A DNA stretch of 40,930 nt from the IMG/VR virus record IMGVR_UViG_3300020045_006991, positions 1-40,930 of that record. One strand, written 5' to 3'. This document shows, one piece after another, positions 33,570-40,930 of the stretch. The DNA comes from a virus. Lineage: Duplodnaviria; Caudoviricetes. Made by a program: the position numbers and the translations under genes. Below the pieces are notes generated by a model. The model was not told where the DNA came from. It ran no database searches and worked only from the letters and a program-made list of their open reading frames with translations. Position 1 is the first letter of the stretch, and each line of letters starts with the position of its first letter.

Positions 33570-34005
33570 CATTATTTTCTCTCCGCTTGATATTTGATAG
33601 CTTAGCACTGCAGGACTTACTGCAACAGAGTTGTCCTCTGCTACGCTGCATAAACTCTTTTCCGCACGATGGATTCTTGCAAGCAACATAATTTAATATA
33701 GGCTTTTCTCGCTTTTTGCGATTTTGGTTAAAGCCATCCTTTGGCGTGTGTGCGTGATGAACCGCTAAGCATTTAATGGAACAAAAAACCGCTTGCTTTG
33801 GTAGTAATTCTTTGTAACATTGCTTGCACCATCTAGCACCTATTTCTTTCATTTTTTTAGTCTTTTCGGCTTCACAAGCTAATTGTATTCCTCGTGGGGC
33901 GCGTATTTTTTGGCGTGCTTGTGATAGTGCCGGTATTGTGCCAATGTGAATAAAATCCTTTACTAGCCCAGCCTTACCTTGTCTAGTTATTTCAAGTTTT
34001 AGCAT
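33544..34005 (-). CDS. Zinc-finger repeat protein
   Basis: Two CxxC...CSxxC modules; basic. Confidence 0.7.
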   Translation of the reverse strand: MLKLEITRQGKAGLVKDFIHIGTIPALSQARQKIRAPRGIQLACEAEKTKKMKEIGARWCKQCYKELLPKQAVFCSIKCLAVHHAHTPKDGFNQNRKKREKPILNYVACKNPSCGKEFMQRSRGQLCCSKSCSAKLSNIKRRENNEMHKLQSL

Positions 34006-34255
34006 GGTATGCCTCTATTAGTTCACTCTCTGGAATATCAAGATAAAATTCCTCGACAAAACCAACTGTATCATCGTCTGGAAATAGTTTTTTCATGTTT
34101 TTAGATACTAAGTCATGCCATGACAAAACCGTTACTATCTGTCCATTGAATGGTAAAACTCGTGGGTGGACAGTATCAAGTAAATCCTCACGGATTTTTA
34201 AAAGTCTTTTTTCAGTAGTCATTGTGGGAATCCAATTCAGTGATTTTTTGGACAT
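33992..34255 (-). CDS. Hypothetical protein
   Basis: ORF in operon. Confidence 0.6.
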   Translation of the reverse strand: MSKKSLNWIPTMTTEKRLLKIREDLLDTVHPRVLPFNGQIVTVLSWHDLVSKNMKKLFPDDDTVGFVEEFYLDIPESELIEAYHAKT

Positions 34256-34541
34256 AATTAAACCGCGTGGTTATGGCGGCTTTCCATCTTTTTTCAGTGC
34301 TATCTGTCATCCCGCCAAACCAGCTATCATCACCACCGATTGACAACATTCTGATTACTCTATTGTCATCATTCCAAATTTTAAGCCAGCACAAAATCTG
34401 TGCTTTTACTTCGCCAAGGTTATCAAGATGCCAGCATCTAAATGAGCAGTGTGTTACACCATCGCCTTCAATAGTGGCGTTGCAGTGTGGGCATTGTGGA
34501 CGAGTGTCTTCTGGTTCGACATGGTTTAAATTAACGTCCAT
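34212..34541 (-). CDS. Protein with YacG-like zinc finger
   Basis: CPHC...CSFRC..DNLGE. Confidence 0.55.
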   Translation of the reverse strand: MDVNLNHVEPEDTRPQCPHCNATIEGDGVTHCSFRCWHLDNLGEVKAQILCWLKIWNDDNRVIRMLSIGGDDSWFGGMTDSTEKRWKAAITTRFNYVQKITELDSHNDY

Positions 34542-34686
34542 AATTCACCGCCCTACGCATTAAGCGTTTATCTGCTTTTTTTATAGCATTAGCTAAACGG
34601 CTGTAATCACCATTTTCGACTATAGCCGTATTGATTGCCTCTATTAAAGCTTTATGGAGCTTTAATGCTTGGTTAAACAGGTTCAT
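34531..34686 (-). CDS. Hypothetical 51-aa protein
   Basis: GGAG RBS; hand translation MNLFNQALKLHK...*. Confidence 0.55.
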   Translation of the reverse strand: MNLFNQALKLHKALIEAINTAIVENGDYSRLANAIKKADKRLMRRAVNYGR

Positions 34687-34734
34687 TTTTGTTCTCCAGA
34701 TTGTTATGCGCGTCCTTGCGCTGGTTGTTACTGT

Positions 34735-35112
34735 TTAAAAGTAAATTGAGTCATCGAAAGGCGCGTCGTCAGGTGTTTGTGGTGATTTGGTTGTTGTAGA
34801 CGCGCTTGCTTCTGATTCGCCACGCTTGCCGACAAAATCAAATTGTGAAACATTCAATTCTAAGTATGTTTTGCCTTCGTATTCCCGTTGCGACAGCTCC
34901 CCCGTTACCCATATTTGGTTTCCTTTTAAAATGTACTGTGCTGACTTTGTGCCACGATCACCAAAAATAGTACAGTTAAACCATAGCGTCTGTTGCTTAT
35001 CACCCCACCCAACATTACACGCGCCACTAAAACCTGTTGCTGTTGTGCTTCCAGCTTGGCGTGTTACTGCGTCTTTCCCTACTCTTAAAACTCCCGAAAA
35101 ATTGTTGCTCAT
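34735..35112 (-). CDS. ssb: Single-stranded DNA-binding protein
   Basis: OB fold G..GKDA, T.WFNC..FG, KG.Q..V.GEL; acidic tail DDSIYF. Confidence 0.92.
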   Translation of the reverse strand: MSNNFSGVLRVGKDAVTRQAGSTTATGFSGACNVGWGDKQQTLWFNCTIFGDRGTKSAQYILKGNQIWVTGELSQREYEGKTYLELNVSQFDFVGKRGESEASASTTTKSPQTPDDAPFDDSIYF

Positions 35113-35861
35113 GCTTTTAACTCCTGAATTATTTTATGTTTTAGCTTAATCGCAAGACTAAGCCGATGTTTTAATGCGTTTGTATGTTGTTCATCATAAT
35201 CCACTTTAACAGAGTGGATTTTAATATCTTGCTGCTGTCTGTAGCTGTGCCAATAAGCAACCGTTGCGCCTGTGTCTAGCATTTGCCCATGTAGCTGATA
35301 AAAGTAAACTGGGTAATGTTTCAATAAATCTGCTGCTGTTTTGACATACAGCCGGTTAAAAATATGCGTCTCTGCAAGCGGACATTTAAAGTCGTGTACT
35401 TCGACAATCTCAAAATCATCGTTATAAACCACGCCGTCTGGCGTAGAGCCGTGTTCGCCGTTGTTAAAAAATACCTGCTCGTCTCCAGTGTGAGCTAGTT
35501 TAATGCCACGCTGTTGCTCGTAATGTTCAACAGCAAACGGTTCATTATCAATGCCGTCTTGCATGAATCTTGACGTGTAAAACTCGCGTTGTTCGCTGTC
35601 GATTAGTTCGGCGACTTTTTCGATAACGTAGGTTTTCGCGCCTTCTGGCAAAAAAGTATCGTCTTTTTTCCACGTCTTTTTTCCCTTGGGTGCTTCTTGC
35701 ACTGGCACATAGATAAAACCGTCTTCGCTTTTTACACGCTCGTAGCAGGTGTGTTCATCGGTAAAATCGCAGGTCAAATAACCCGCGCTACCTGCCATCA
35801 ATCGGTGATACTGTGAGCCAGTAAATAACCCGCGCCGTTGTTGTCTGATTTCATCAATCAT
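35109..35861 (-). CDS. Lambda-exonuclease / YqaJ-like protein
   Basis: RRG.FTGS, M..G...EP.A...YE, TPDG, D.KCP, Y.Q..GQM. Confidence 0.88.
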   Translation of the reverse strand: MIDEIRQQRRGLFTGSQYHRLMAGSAGYLTCDFTDEHTCYERVKSEDGFIYVPVQEAPKGKKTWKKDDTFLPEGAKTYVIEKVAELIDSEQREFYTSRFMQDGIDNEPFAVEHYEQQRGIKLAHTGDEQVFFNNGEHGSTPDGVVYNDDFEIVEVHDFKCPLAETHIFNRLYVKTAADLLKHYPVYFYQLHGQMLDTGATVAYWHSYRQQQDIKIHSVKVDYDEQHTNALKHRLSLAIKLKHKIIQELKA

Positions 35862-35872
35862 GGCACAAACTC

Positions 35873-36442
35873 CTAAACGACTGCCGTTAGCGTGTCGATT
35901 TGTGATTGCGACATCGTAAACTTTGACTGTATAGCGTTGATAGTAACTGCTGCCGTTTTTTCTCCTGATCGTATTTTTGCAGCCATTGCTTCAAAGTTTT
36001 CCTTAAACCGTTCATCTGGATAAGGTGGCAATGGCGGTTTATTGTCAACTTCGGTTTTCTCGTGGTTCTTTACTAGCTCAACGACTTCTTTTTGCGGTAT
36101 CTCTAACGCCAGCATCCACAAATAACGGCGTAGATATGTGATTGTTGCGCCCAAGTTTTTAACGCTTTTTTCTGGTTCTTTAGCGAGTGCCGCAAAATAG
36201 ACGGGGCATGAAAATTCAGCTTTGCTTCCGTCGTCTGTATCGACTATCGCTAATACCGCGTTTTCTGAGCTCATGTTGAATGTCGATGAAAGCCCAACAT
36301 CGTTAAAAATGCGCTGTGCATCAACCGTGAAGTCGATTAGCTCGTAGTAAGCCATACCGCTGTGCTTGTTTATTCCGCTCTGTTTTAAGCCCATTGCATA
36401 CAGTGCTATCCGCGCTGCTTGTAGTTTTTTATGCACACTCAT
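35873..36442 (-). CDS. ERF-family single-strand annealing protein
   Basis: SG.N......YYEL.DF, GATITYLRRY. Confidence 0.88.
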   Translation of the reverse strand: MSVHKKLQAARIALYAMGLKQSGINKHSGMAYYELIDFTVDAQRIFNDVGLSSTFNMSSENAVLAIVDTDDGSKAEFSCPVYFAALAKEPEKSVKNLGATITYLRRYLWMLALEIPQKEVVELVKNHEKTEVDNKPPLPPYPDERFKENFEAMAAKIRSGEKTAAVTINAIQSKFTMSQSQIDTLTAVV

Positions 36443-36630
36443 TTCGCCACCTCGTTTCTATCCAAAAACTCACTAACTGCCAATGCGACGACATACATTT
36501 TTACCAAGTCAAACTTTTTGCAGTGATTGTCTAGCCTGTCAAAATCCTCATGGGTCAATGCTCCCATAACGCGCTTTGTTGGGATAAACCGTGATTTTGG
36601 TCTACCTGCGCCTTTTTTGTGTTCTGCCAT
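36439..36630 (-). CDS. Putative ribbon-helix-helix regulator
   Basis: Start revised to MAEHKKGAGRPK; beta-helix-helix pattern ending ALAVSEFL. Confidence 0.6.
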   Translation of the reverse strand: MAEHKKGAGRPKSRFIPTKRVMGALTHEDFDRLDNHCKKFDLVKMYVVALAVSEFLDRNEVAK

Positions 36631-36674
36631 TTTATAAACTCCCATGTTATCCGCCAGAATTTGACGGCATGGAT

Positions 36675-36702
36675 AGTTTAACAGGATGGTTATAATTGTC
36701 AA
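36675..36702 (-). promoter_or_regulatory. Promoter for recombination operon
   Basis: TTGACA-16 bp-TAAACT with TG extension. Confidence 0.6.
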
Positions 36703-36721
36703 CAAATAAAATTAATTATAT

Positions 36722-36946
36722 TTAATTATCCGATTCAAACTTTTCACAGCCTTTCGATTCATCACAACAAGCCTTTTCAAATATGTAACCACCAGCGCAA
36801 AATTGCCCACCATTGAGCTTTTCTTGTACAACCCTAGTGACCATAGCGGGTGTTGCTCCACGCGCCTTGTAGGATTCAATCTGCATACATTTTCCCCACC
36901 CATCTAACTCCGTACTATGATCTTTTAAGAAGTGCTTACAAGGCAT
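36722..36946 (-). CDS. Cys-rich 74-aa protein (intact copy)
   Basis: MPCKHF.....DGWGKC...CEKFE; GGGAG RBS lies inside the GIY-YIG gene end. Confidence 0.7.
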   Translation of the reverse strand: MPCKHFLKDHSTELDGWGKCMQIESYKARGATPAMVTRVVQEKLNGGQFCAGGYIFEKACCDESKGCEKFESDN

Positions 36947-37713
36947 TTTTTAGTCTCCCATCTGGCTTTATTTTTTGCGGCTATAATTTCGCGATTAGCT
37001 TCACGATATGCTTTGTTCCTAGTGGCTATAATTTCGCGGTTTTCATCTTTGTAGGCTTTAGCTTTTGCCGAGATAGATTCAAAGTTAGCCTCATAGTAGG
37101 CTTTTCTCTGTTCGGCAATGGATTCTTTGTTTTTCTGTTTGTAGGCTTTTTTGTATGCCGATGCTAATCCCTTATTTTTTTCTCGGTATGCTTTTTTTTG
37201 TTCCGCTATTTTTTCTTTGTTAGCATCAAGATAATACTTCCTTTTTGGCTTTCTATTTTCATAAATCACTTCTTTATTCTTTTCACGATAGGCTTTGTTG
37301 TAATCCGCAGCCGCTACTTTATTGGCTTTATAATATGCCTTGGTTCGTATTGCGTGGGCTACTTTATTTGCTGAATAATATGATGCTGATTTCGCCTTAT
37401 CCCTAGCAATCCTTTCTTCGCCATAAATACCAACAGTTAAAACTCCTTCGCCGCCTAGTGTTAGGTTATACCCGCCTTTGCCAAGCGTATTAAACTTTTC
37501 AATCGCCTCCATTTCAGCTAAACACAGAAGTTCCCAATTATCACATTCAGCTAAAACTGTTAAAACTACGTTTTCTTTGCCGTATTTTTTAATGGCGCGT
37601 TGACAGGCAGTTTTCTTTTGCCTGCAATGTGCGTTAAAACGCTCGTTTGCGGTCTTTGAGGTAATTCCGATGTACTTTTTGCCATTAGGGAATGACAGTT
37701 GATAAAGTTGCAT
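36925..37713 (-). CDS. Free-standing GIY-YIG endonuclease with helical KAYREKNKE repeats
   Basis: LYQLSFPNGKKYIGIT...RF..H...E...GYNLT.GG; start revised to ATG 37713. Confidence 0.88.
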   Translation of the reverse strand: MQLYQLSFPNGKKYIGITSKTANERFNAHCRQKKTACQRAIKKYGKENVVLTVLAECDNWELLCLAEMEAIEKFNTLGKGGYNLTLGGEGVLTVGIYGEERIARDKAKSASYYSANKVAHAIRTKAYYKANKVAAADYNKAYREKNKEVIYENRKPKRKYYLDANKEKIAEQKKAYREKNKGLASAYKKAYKQKNKESIAEQRKAYYEANFESISAKAKAYKDENREIIATRNKAYREANREIIAAKNKARWETKKCLVSTS

Positions 37714-37816
37714 GATAAATCCTTGAACTTGGATTATTGAACAGAAAATTAATGTGGCTTGTCCTTGTTCAAGGGGTTTTCGGACTCGATTTCCTAGCCA
37801 CGTTGTTATTATAACA
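37714..37816 (-). ncRNA. Structured leader RNA 2 with extended -10 promoter
   Basis: TGtTATAAT 37808-37816; stem 37796-37804 with 37751-37759; CCUUGAACA complementary to 37737-37743 and 37721-37728. Confidence 0.7.
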
Positions 37817-37823
37817 TAAATCG

Positions 37824-37898
37824 CTAGGTTATTTTGGCGCACTTCCCCCAGCCGTCTAGGTCGGTGGAGTGGTCGGGGGTGAAATGCTTGCAGGTCAT
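37824..37898 (-). pseudogene. Truncated 5' copy of the 36722-36946 gene
   Basis: MTCKHFTPDHSTDLDGWGKCAKIT*; 16 of the first 20 aa identical; AGGA RBS. Confidence 0.8.
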
Positions 37899-37916
37899 AG
37901 TATTTTTCCTTTAAAG

Positions 37917-38199
37917 TTAATCTACCTAGCCTAGGTAACTACCTAGGTAGATTAAAAACGCTATAATTACTTTATAATCATGCGGTTATGTAAATCTAGG
38001 TAGATTAGGTAGATTAGGTAGGTGTTTTTGTGTGTGTGTAAAAATAGCTAAAAATAAGGTAAAAAAAGATAACAGTAACTACTACTACCTAACCTACCTA
38101 TATATACATTTTATACCTTACACCGCTCTATTTTACTGGATTTCAACCTAGGTAGATTGTCTACCTAGATTCTACCTAGTCTACCTAGTTTTTAGGTAG
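37917..38199. repeat. Iteron-like TAGGTAG/CTACCTA cluster, putative replication origin
   Basis: 13 perfect heptamers in both orientations around an AT-rich core, directly downstream of the primase-helicase gene. Confidence 0.75.
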
Positions 38200-38201
38200 C
38201 T

Positions 38202-40577
38202 CTATTTTACGCTAAGAACCTTTTTCTTTTTTTCAATCTCACAAACAAGTAACCCGCTTTCAATCATCGAGTCGATAGTTTTGTTCATGTATTCGTTTTT
38301 ATCACCACTGTGTGCCTTGAATGGTAAAACGCACTTTATTAGCTGCTTAATCTCAGTGTTGGTTAGTTTTTTCCCACTAAGAACTCGAATTACTGTTTCA
38401 TACGCCGCTTTATCACCTGTAACTCCTTTATTGGCTAATAAATGAGCGTGCGACACTACAAGGGCGTTATAGATTCTTATTGCCGAATCTATGTGTTTTG
38501 ATGCTATTTGATTTACATAATATCCACCATCTAAAACGTGCAAATTAGCCGCTATTTTGATAATATGTATATCGGATTTCCCGCAAAATCCACGCATTGC
38601 CGAAGCTGAAAATTTCTTACCATCATCAAAATGACTGTAAAGAGACTGGTAATAATCTGATATTTTTACATGGTCAGAATTTGAAATAGTTAGCATTGGT
38701 AGCATATAAAATTGATGCTGTTCCGCAAAGGAGTCACCAATCAAGAAGCCATCTATTAAGTCTTCACAAGCTGATGAATAGTCATCCATAATACTTTTAT
38801 TGGTAGCTCTAAGCTCGATAGATTCTGAAAAACGATGCCTTTCTATCAACTTTAAAAAGCGTTCGCCCATTCCGCTACTTCCACTTGACTTTAAGAGGGT
38901 ATCAACACTACCCTCTTGAGCAAAGCAAATAATCGATCCTATCGGCTTTCCTTCGTAACCATCGCGCCCAGCCCTAAGAACATTCATTTTTGAACCATCG
39001 AACGCACTTAGAACAAGGTCATTATTATTCTTTGAGTCGTCTTTTTTATACATTCCACCGATCAAAGAATCAAATATCCCCTGCTCGCTAGATATACAGC
39101 TAAAATACCCCTTTGAATCATTTAACTTTGATTCAATCCCTTCTGGCGTAGCGTTGGTTATTTCATTTGTTTTAGTAAACCCCTTAAAAGCCGATTCTAT
39201 TCTTGAAATGCGCGCAAACTCTTCTTTATCCTCTTTTGATATGAGTGATTTTTCATCACGAATTTGCTTAGATTTTTCGATGTATCGTTTTTCAAATGGC
39301 GCGTAAAATGTGGATAAAATCCTAGTTTTAGATGTCGCTGTAGACTGTTCAAAAACTGCATACATATTAGTCGGGATTGCCCTACCGTTACGCTCAACCG
39401 ACATTGCACGGCAAAGCAAAGCACTATGAACTGCTAAACCAGCAAGTAAAATAGAGCTAGGTTTTATAGCTGTTACCGCACTTAATTCTAACGCCATTCG
39501 CTTTATAATGTGGTCATCAGACACATACTGCAAAAGGTCAACATCGCAATATTTATTTTCATTATCTAAAACATCACATTTTATTTTATCAATTACGGGT
39601 TCTGGGTTGGTGTCGCTAAACCTATAATAATCATCGGGGAAGTGGGGTTCTACAGAATCGCGTTCTGCCTGATAGTACGATCTATTCCTATCGCCTTCGA
39701 CTGGTTGTGACCTTCCAGCATCAAGCCCATCCATTACCGCCTTTCTTTCTCGGCGTGTAATTTGTTCATTATCACCATTGGAGCTGCAAACAAAATCACT
39801 GGAACGAATAAGCGCAGAAATCATTGCATTTTCATCAACAAGATTTGCAGCAATATACCCGCCGCCCAATTTACCGGCTCTAATACGAGCCGCGTGAAAA
39901 TCCCCTTTAGTTGCGCTCATAATGATATTGCAAGCGCGTGATATGTACTTTTGTTCTGTCTCTTGTGAGTTGATAATAATATTATTGTTATTAGATGGCG
40001 CGTAAGATTTGCATGATTCTTTCTTTTCGGATAAATCTAGTATAAGAGCGGGGGCATTAGTGTTCACAATAATTTCAGAGTCATAACTAACAAAGCATAG
40101 CCTTCTTACATCTTTGCATTGCTCATCTATTTTTATGTTATGAGCTTTCAAGTAATCTCTTACTTGAAAAAAAGCCCTTTTAAAATCATCATCGCTGTTT
40201 ATTAAGTTGTCTGGTATGCGTATAAGTCCCTTCAATCCATGCCTTGAAGGGCTTAGCCACAATGCGACAATCTCTGGTATTTCATCAATAATTCTTTCTT
40301 TCTCTGCCTCTACATCATCAATCCCGTCAATATCTATGTGAAATAAACCGTTCGATGATGTGAAGTTTTTATTGATTATATTACCATTAAACGCGCCACT
40401 AAAAGACCATGCTGGAAGCCTAGTTTTAGCCTCCTTGTACTCTACAGAACCATAAGCGGGTAAACTATCTATCGACCTCTTAAATTTCCCGTATTGAATA
40501 TCGCGCAATATCTCCTCTACATCTAAATATTGATGCTTACTGGTGTCAAAAACACTACTTAGGTAGATTGCTTGCAT
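38202..40577 (-). CDS. Primase-helicase fusion (BT4734/VirE-N-like plus DUF3987-like)
   Basis: K..LPA..FSG.F, IDID, SPS.HGLK, D..CKDV.RLCFVSYD; degenerate Walker A TATSKT, ATPEG, SSE. Confidence 0.82.
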   Translation of the reverse strand: MQAIYLSSVFDTSKHQYLDVEEILRDIQYGKFKRSIDSLPAYGSVEYKEAKTRLPAWSFSGAFNGNIINKNFTSSNGLFHIDIDGIDDVEAEKERIIDEIPEIVALWLSPSRHGLKGLIRIPDNLINSDDDFKRAFFQVRDYLKAHNIKIDEQCKDVRRLCFVSYDSEIIVNTNAPALILDLSEKKESCKSYAPSNNNNIIINSQETEQKYISRACNIIMSATKGDFHAARIRAGKLGGGYIAANLVDENAMISALIRSSDFVCSSNGDNEQITRRERKAVMDGLDAGRSQPVEGDRNRSYYQAERDSVEPHFPDDYYRFSDTNPEPVIDKIKCDVLDNENKYCDVDLLQYVSDDHIIKRMALELSAVTAIKPSSILLAGLAVHSALLCRAMSVERNGRAIPTNMYAVFEQSTATSKTRILSTFYAPFEKRYIEKSKQIRDEKSLISKEDKEEFARISRIESAFKGFTKTNEITNATPEGIESKLNDSKGYFSCISSEQGIFDSLIGGMYKKDDSKNNNDLVLSAFDGSKMNVLRAGRDGYEGKPIGSIICFAQEGSVDTLLKSSGSSGMGERFLKLIERHRFSESIELRATNKSIMDDYSSACEDLIDGFLIGDSFAEQHQFYMLPMLTISNSDHVKISDYYQSLYSHFDDGKKFSASAMRGFCGKSDIHIIKIAANLHVLDGGYYVNQIASKHIDSAIRIYNALVVSHAHLLANKGVTGDKAAYETVIRVLSGKKLTNTEIKQLIKCVLPFKAHSGDKNEYMNKTIDSMIESGLLVCEIEKKKKVLSVK

Positions 40578-40722
40578 TTTCTGACTCCATTTTTGTTACT
40601 TTCTCAATAATAGCTAATCTTACAAACTCACTTGATGTTAAGCCTATTTTTTTAGATTCACGCACTATTCGCTCAGAAAAATCGCTCTGAACCCTAGTGT
40701 TTATCACCTTATCTTTTTTCAT
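40555..40722 (-). CDS. 55-aa ribbon-helix-helix protein
   Basis: MKKDKVINTRV...GLTSSEFVRLAI; overlaps the primase start. Confidence 0.7.
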   Translation of the reverse strand: MKKDKVINTRVQSDFSERIVRESKKIGLTSSEFVRLAIIEKVTKMESENASNLPK

Positions 40723-40731
40723 AAAATATTA

Positions 40732-40773
40732 CTTATTTGTGTTACAATGAGCATACATAATAACACAAATAAG
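40732..40773. promoter_or_regulatory. 13-bp inverted repeat with divergent extended -10 elements
   Basis: CTTATTTGTGTTA-16 bp-TAACACAAATAAG. Confidence 0.65.
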
Positions 40774-40784
40774 GCAATATTAAA

Positions 40785-40930
40785 ATGAAATTAATCGAGG
40801 TAACACGAAACGGATTTAAAATGGCTATAAATGCCGATAAAATTTATCGTTTTTATCAACCATCAGGCGTTAAAGATAAAACTAAAATTCTATTTGACGC
40901 AGAAGGTGACTTAGAGCTTGTTATTGATGG
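40785..40930 (+). CDS. 68-aa FlbD-like small protein (continues across the junction to 182)
   Basis: MKLIEVTRNGFKMAINADKI...TKILF...LVIDGTYEQLVKKI. Confidence 0.6.
   Translation, partial: MKLIEVTRNGFKMAINADKIYRFYQPSGVKDKTKILFDAEGDLELVID
40810..40930. repeat. Terminal direct repeat, right copy
   Basis: Identical to 1-121. Confidence 0.95.

Noticed and set aside
37714-37842. N-terminal extension of the 305-aa ORF
   Set aside because: It runs through the promoter and RNA leader; the GIY-YIG domain and RBS point to ATG 37713.
36887-37898. Diversity-generating retroelement template/variable repeat pair
   Set aside because: Differences are mostly synonymous third-position changes, not adenine-specific, and no reverse transcriptase is present.
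37917-38199. CRISPR array
   Set aside because: Repeats are 7-mers in mixed orientation without regular unique spacers; no cas genes.
1-40930. Stop-codon reassignment
   Set aside because: Conserved genes are full length under the standard code, and TAA, TGA and TAG all end genes at sensible positions.

Overview
The window looks like a complete, circularly assembled ~40.8 kb tailed phage genome. Bases 1-121 equal 40810-40930, most likely an assembler overlap, and a small ORF reads through the junction. The minus-strand morphogenesis operon (about 6.8-31.9 kb) has the gene order of small contractile-tailed phages of the Bcep781/Aaphi23 type: terminase, portal, gpF, protease/scaffold, decoration, major capsid, neck, sheath, tube, frameshifted chaperone, tape measure with a lysozyme-like domain, baseplate and Gly-rich fibre. 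The early region has a primase-helicase with an adjacent iteron-rich putative origin, an ERF/exonuclease/SSB module, RHH and HTH regulators, a PP-loop PAPS-reductase-like protein and many translationally coupled micro-ORFs. I recognise no integrase, CI-type repressor, DNA polymerase or endolysin. Two signals stand out. (1) Three inserted GIY-YIG-superfamily nuclease cassettes each have their own TATAAT promoter and a three-way-junction leader RNA whose cassette-specific loop is complementary to two downstream sites, one over the RBS. (2) One of these cassettes sits between a truncated gene start and an almost fully synonymously recoded copy of it that restores the gene. All family assignments come from motif recognition and synteny by eye, not from database searches.
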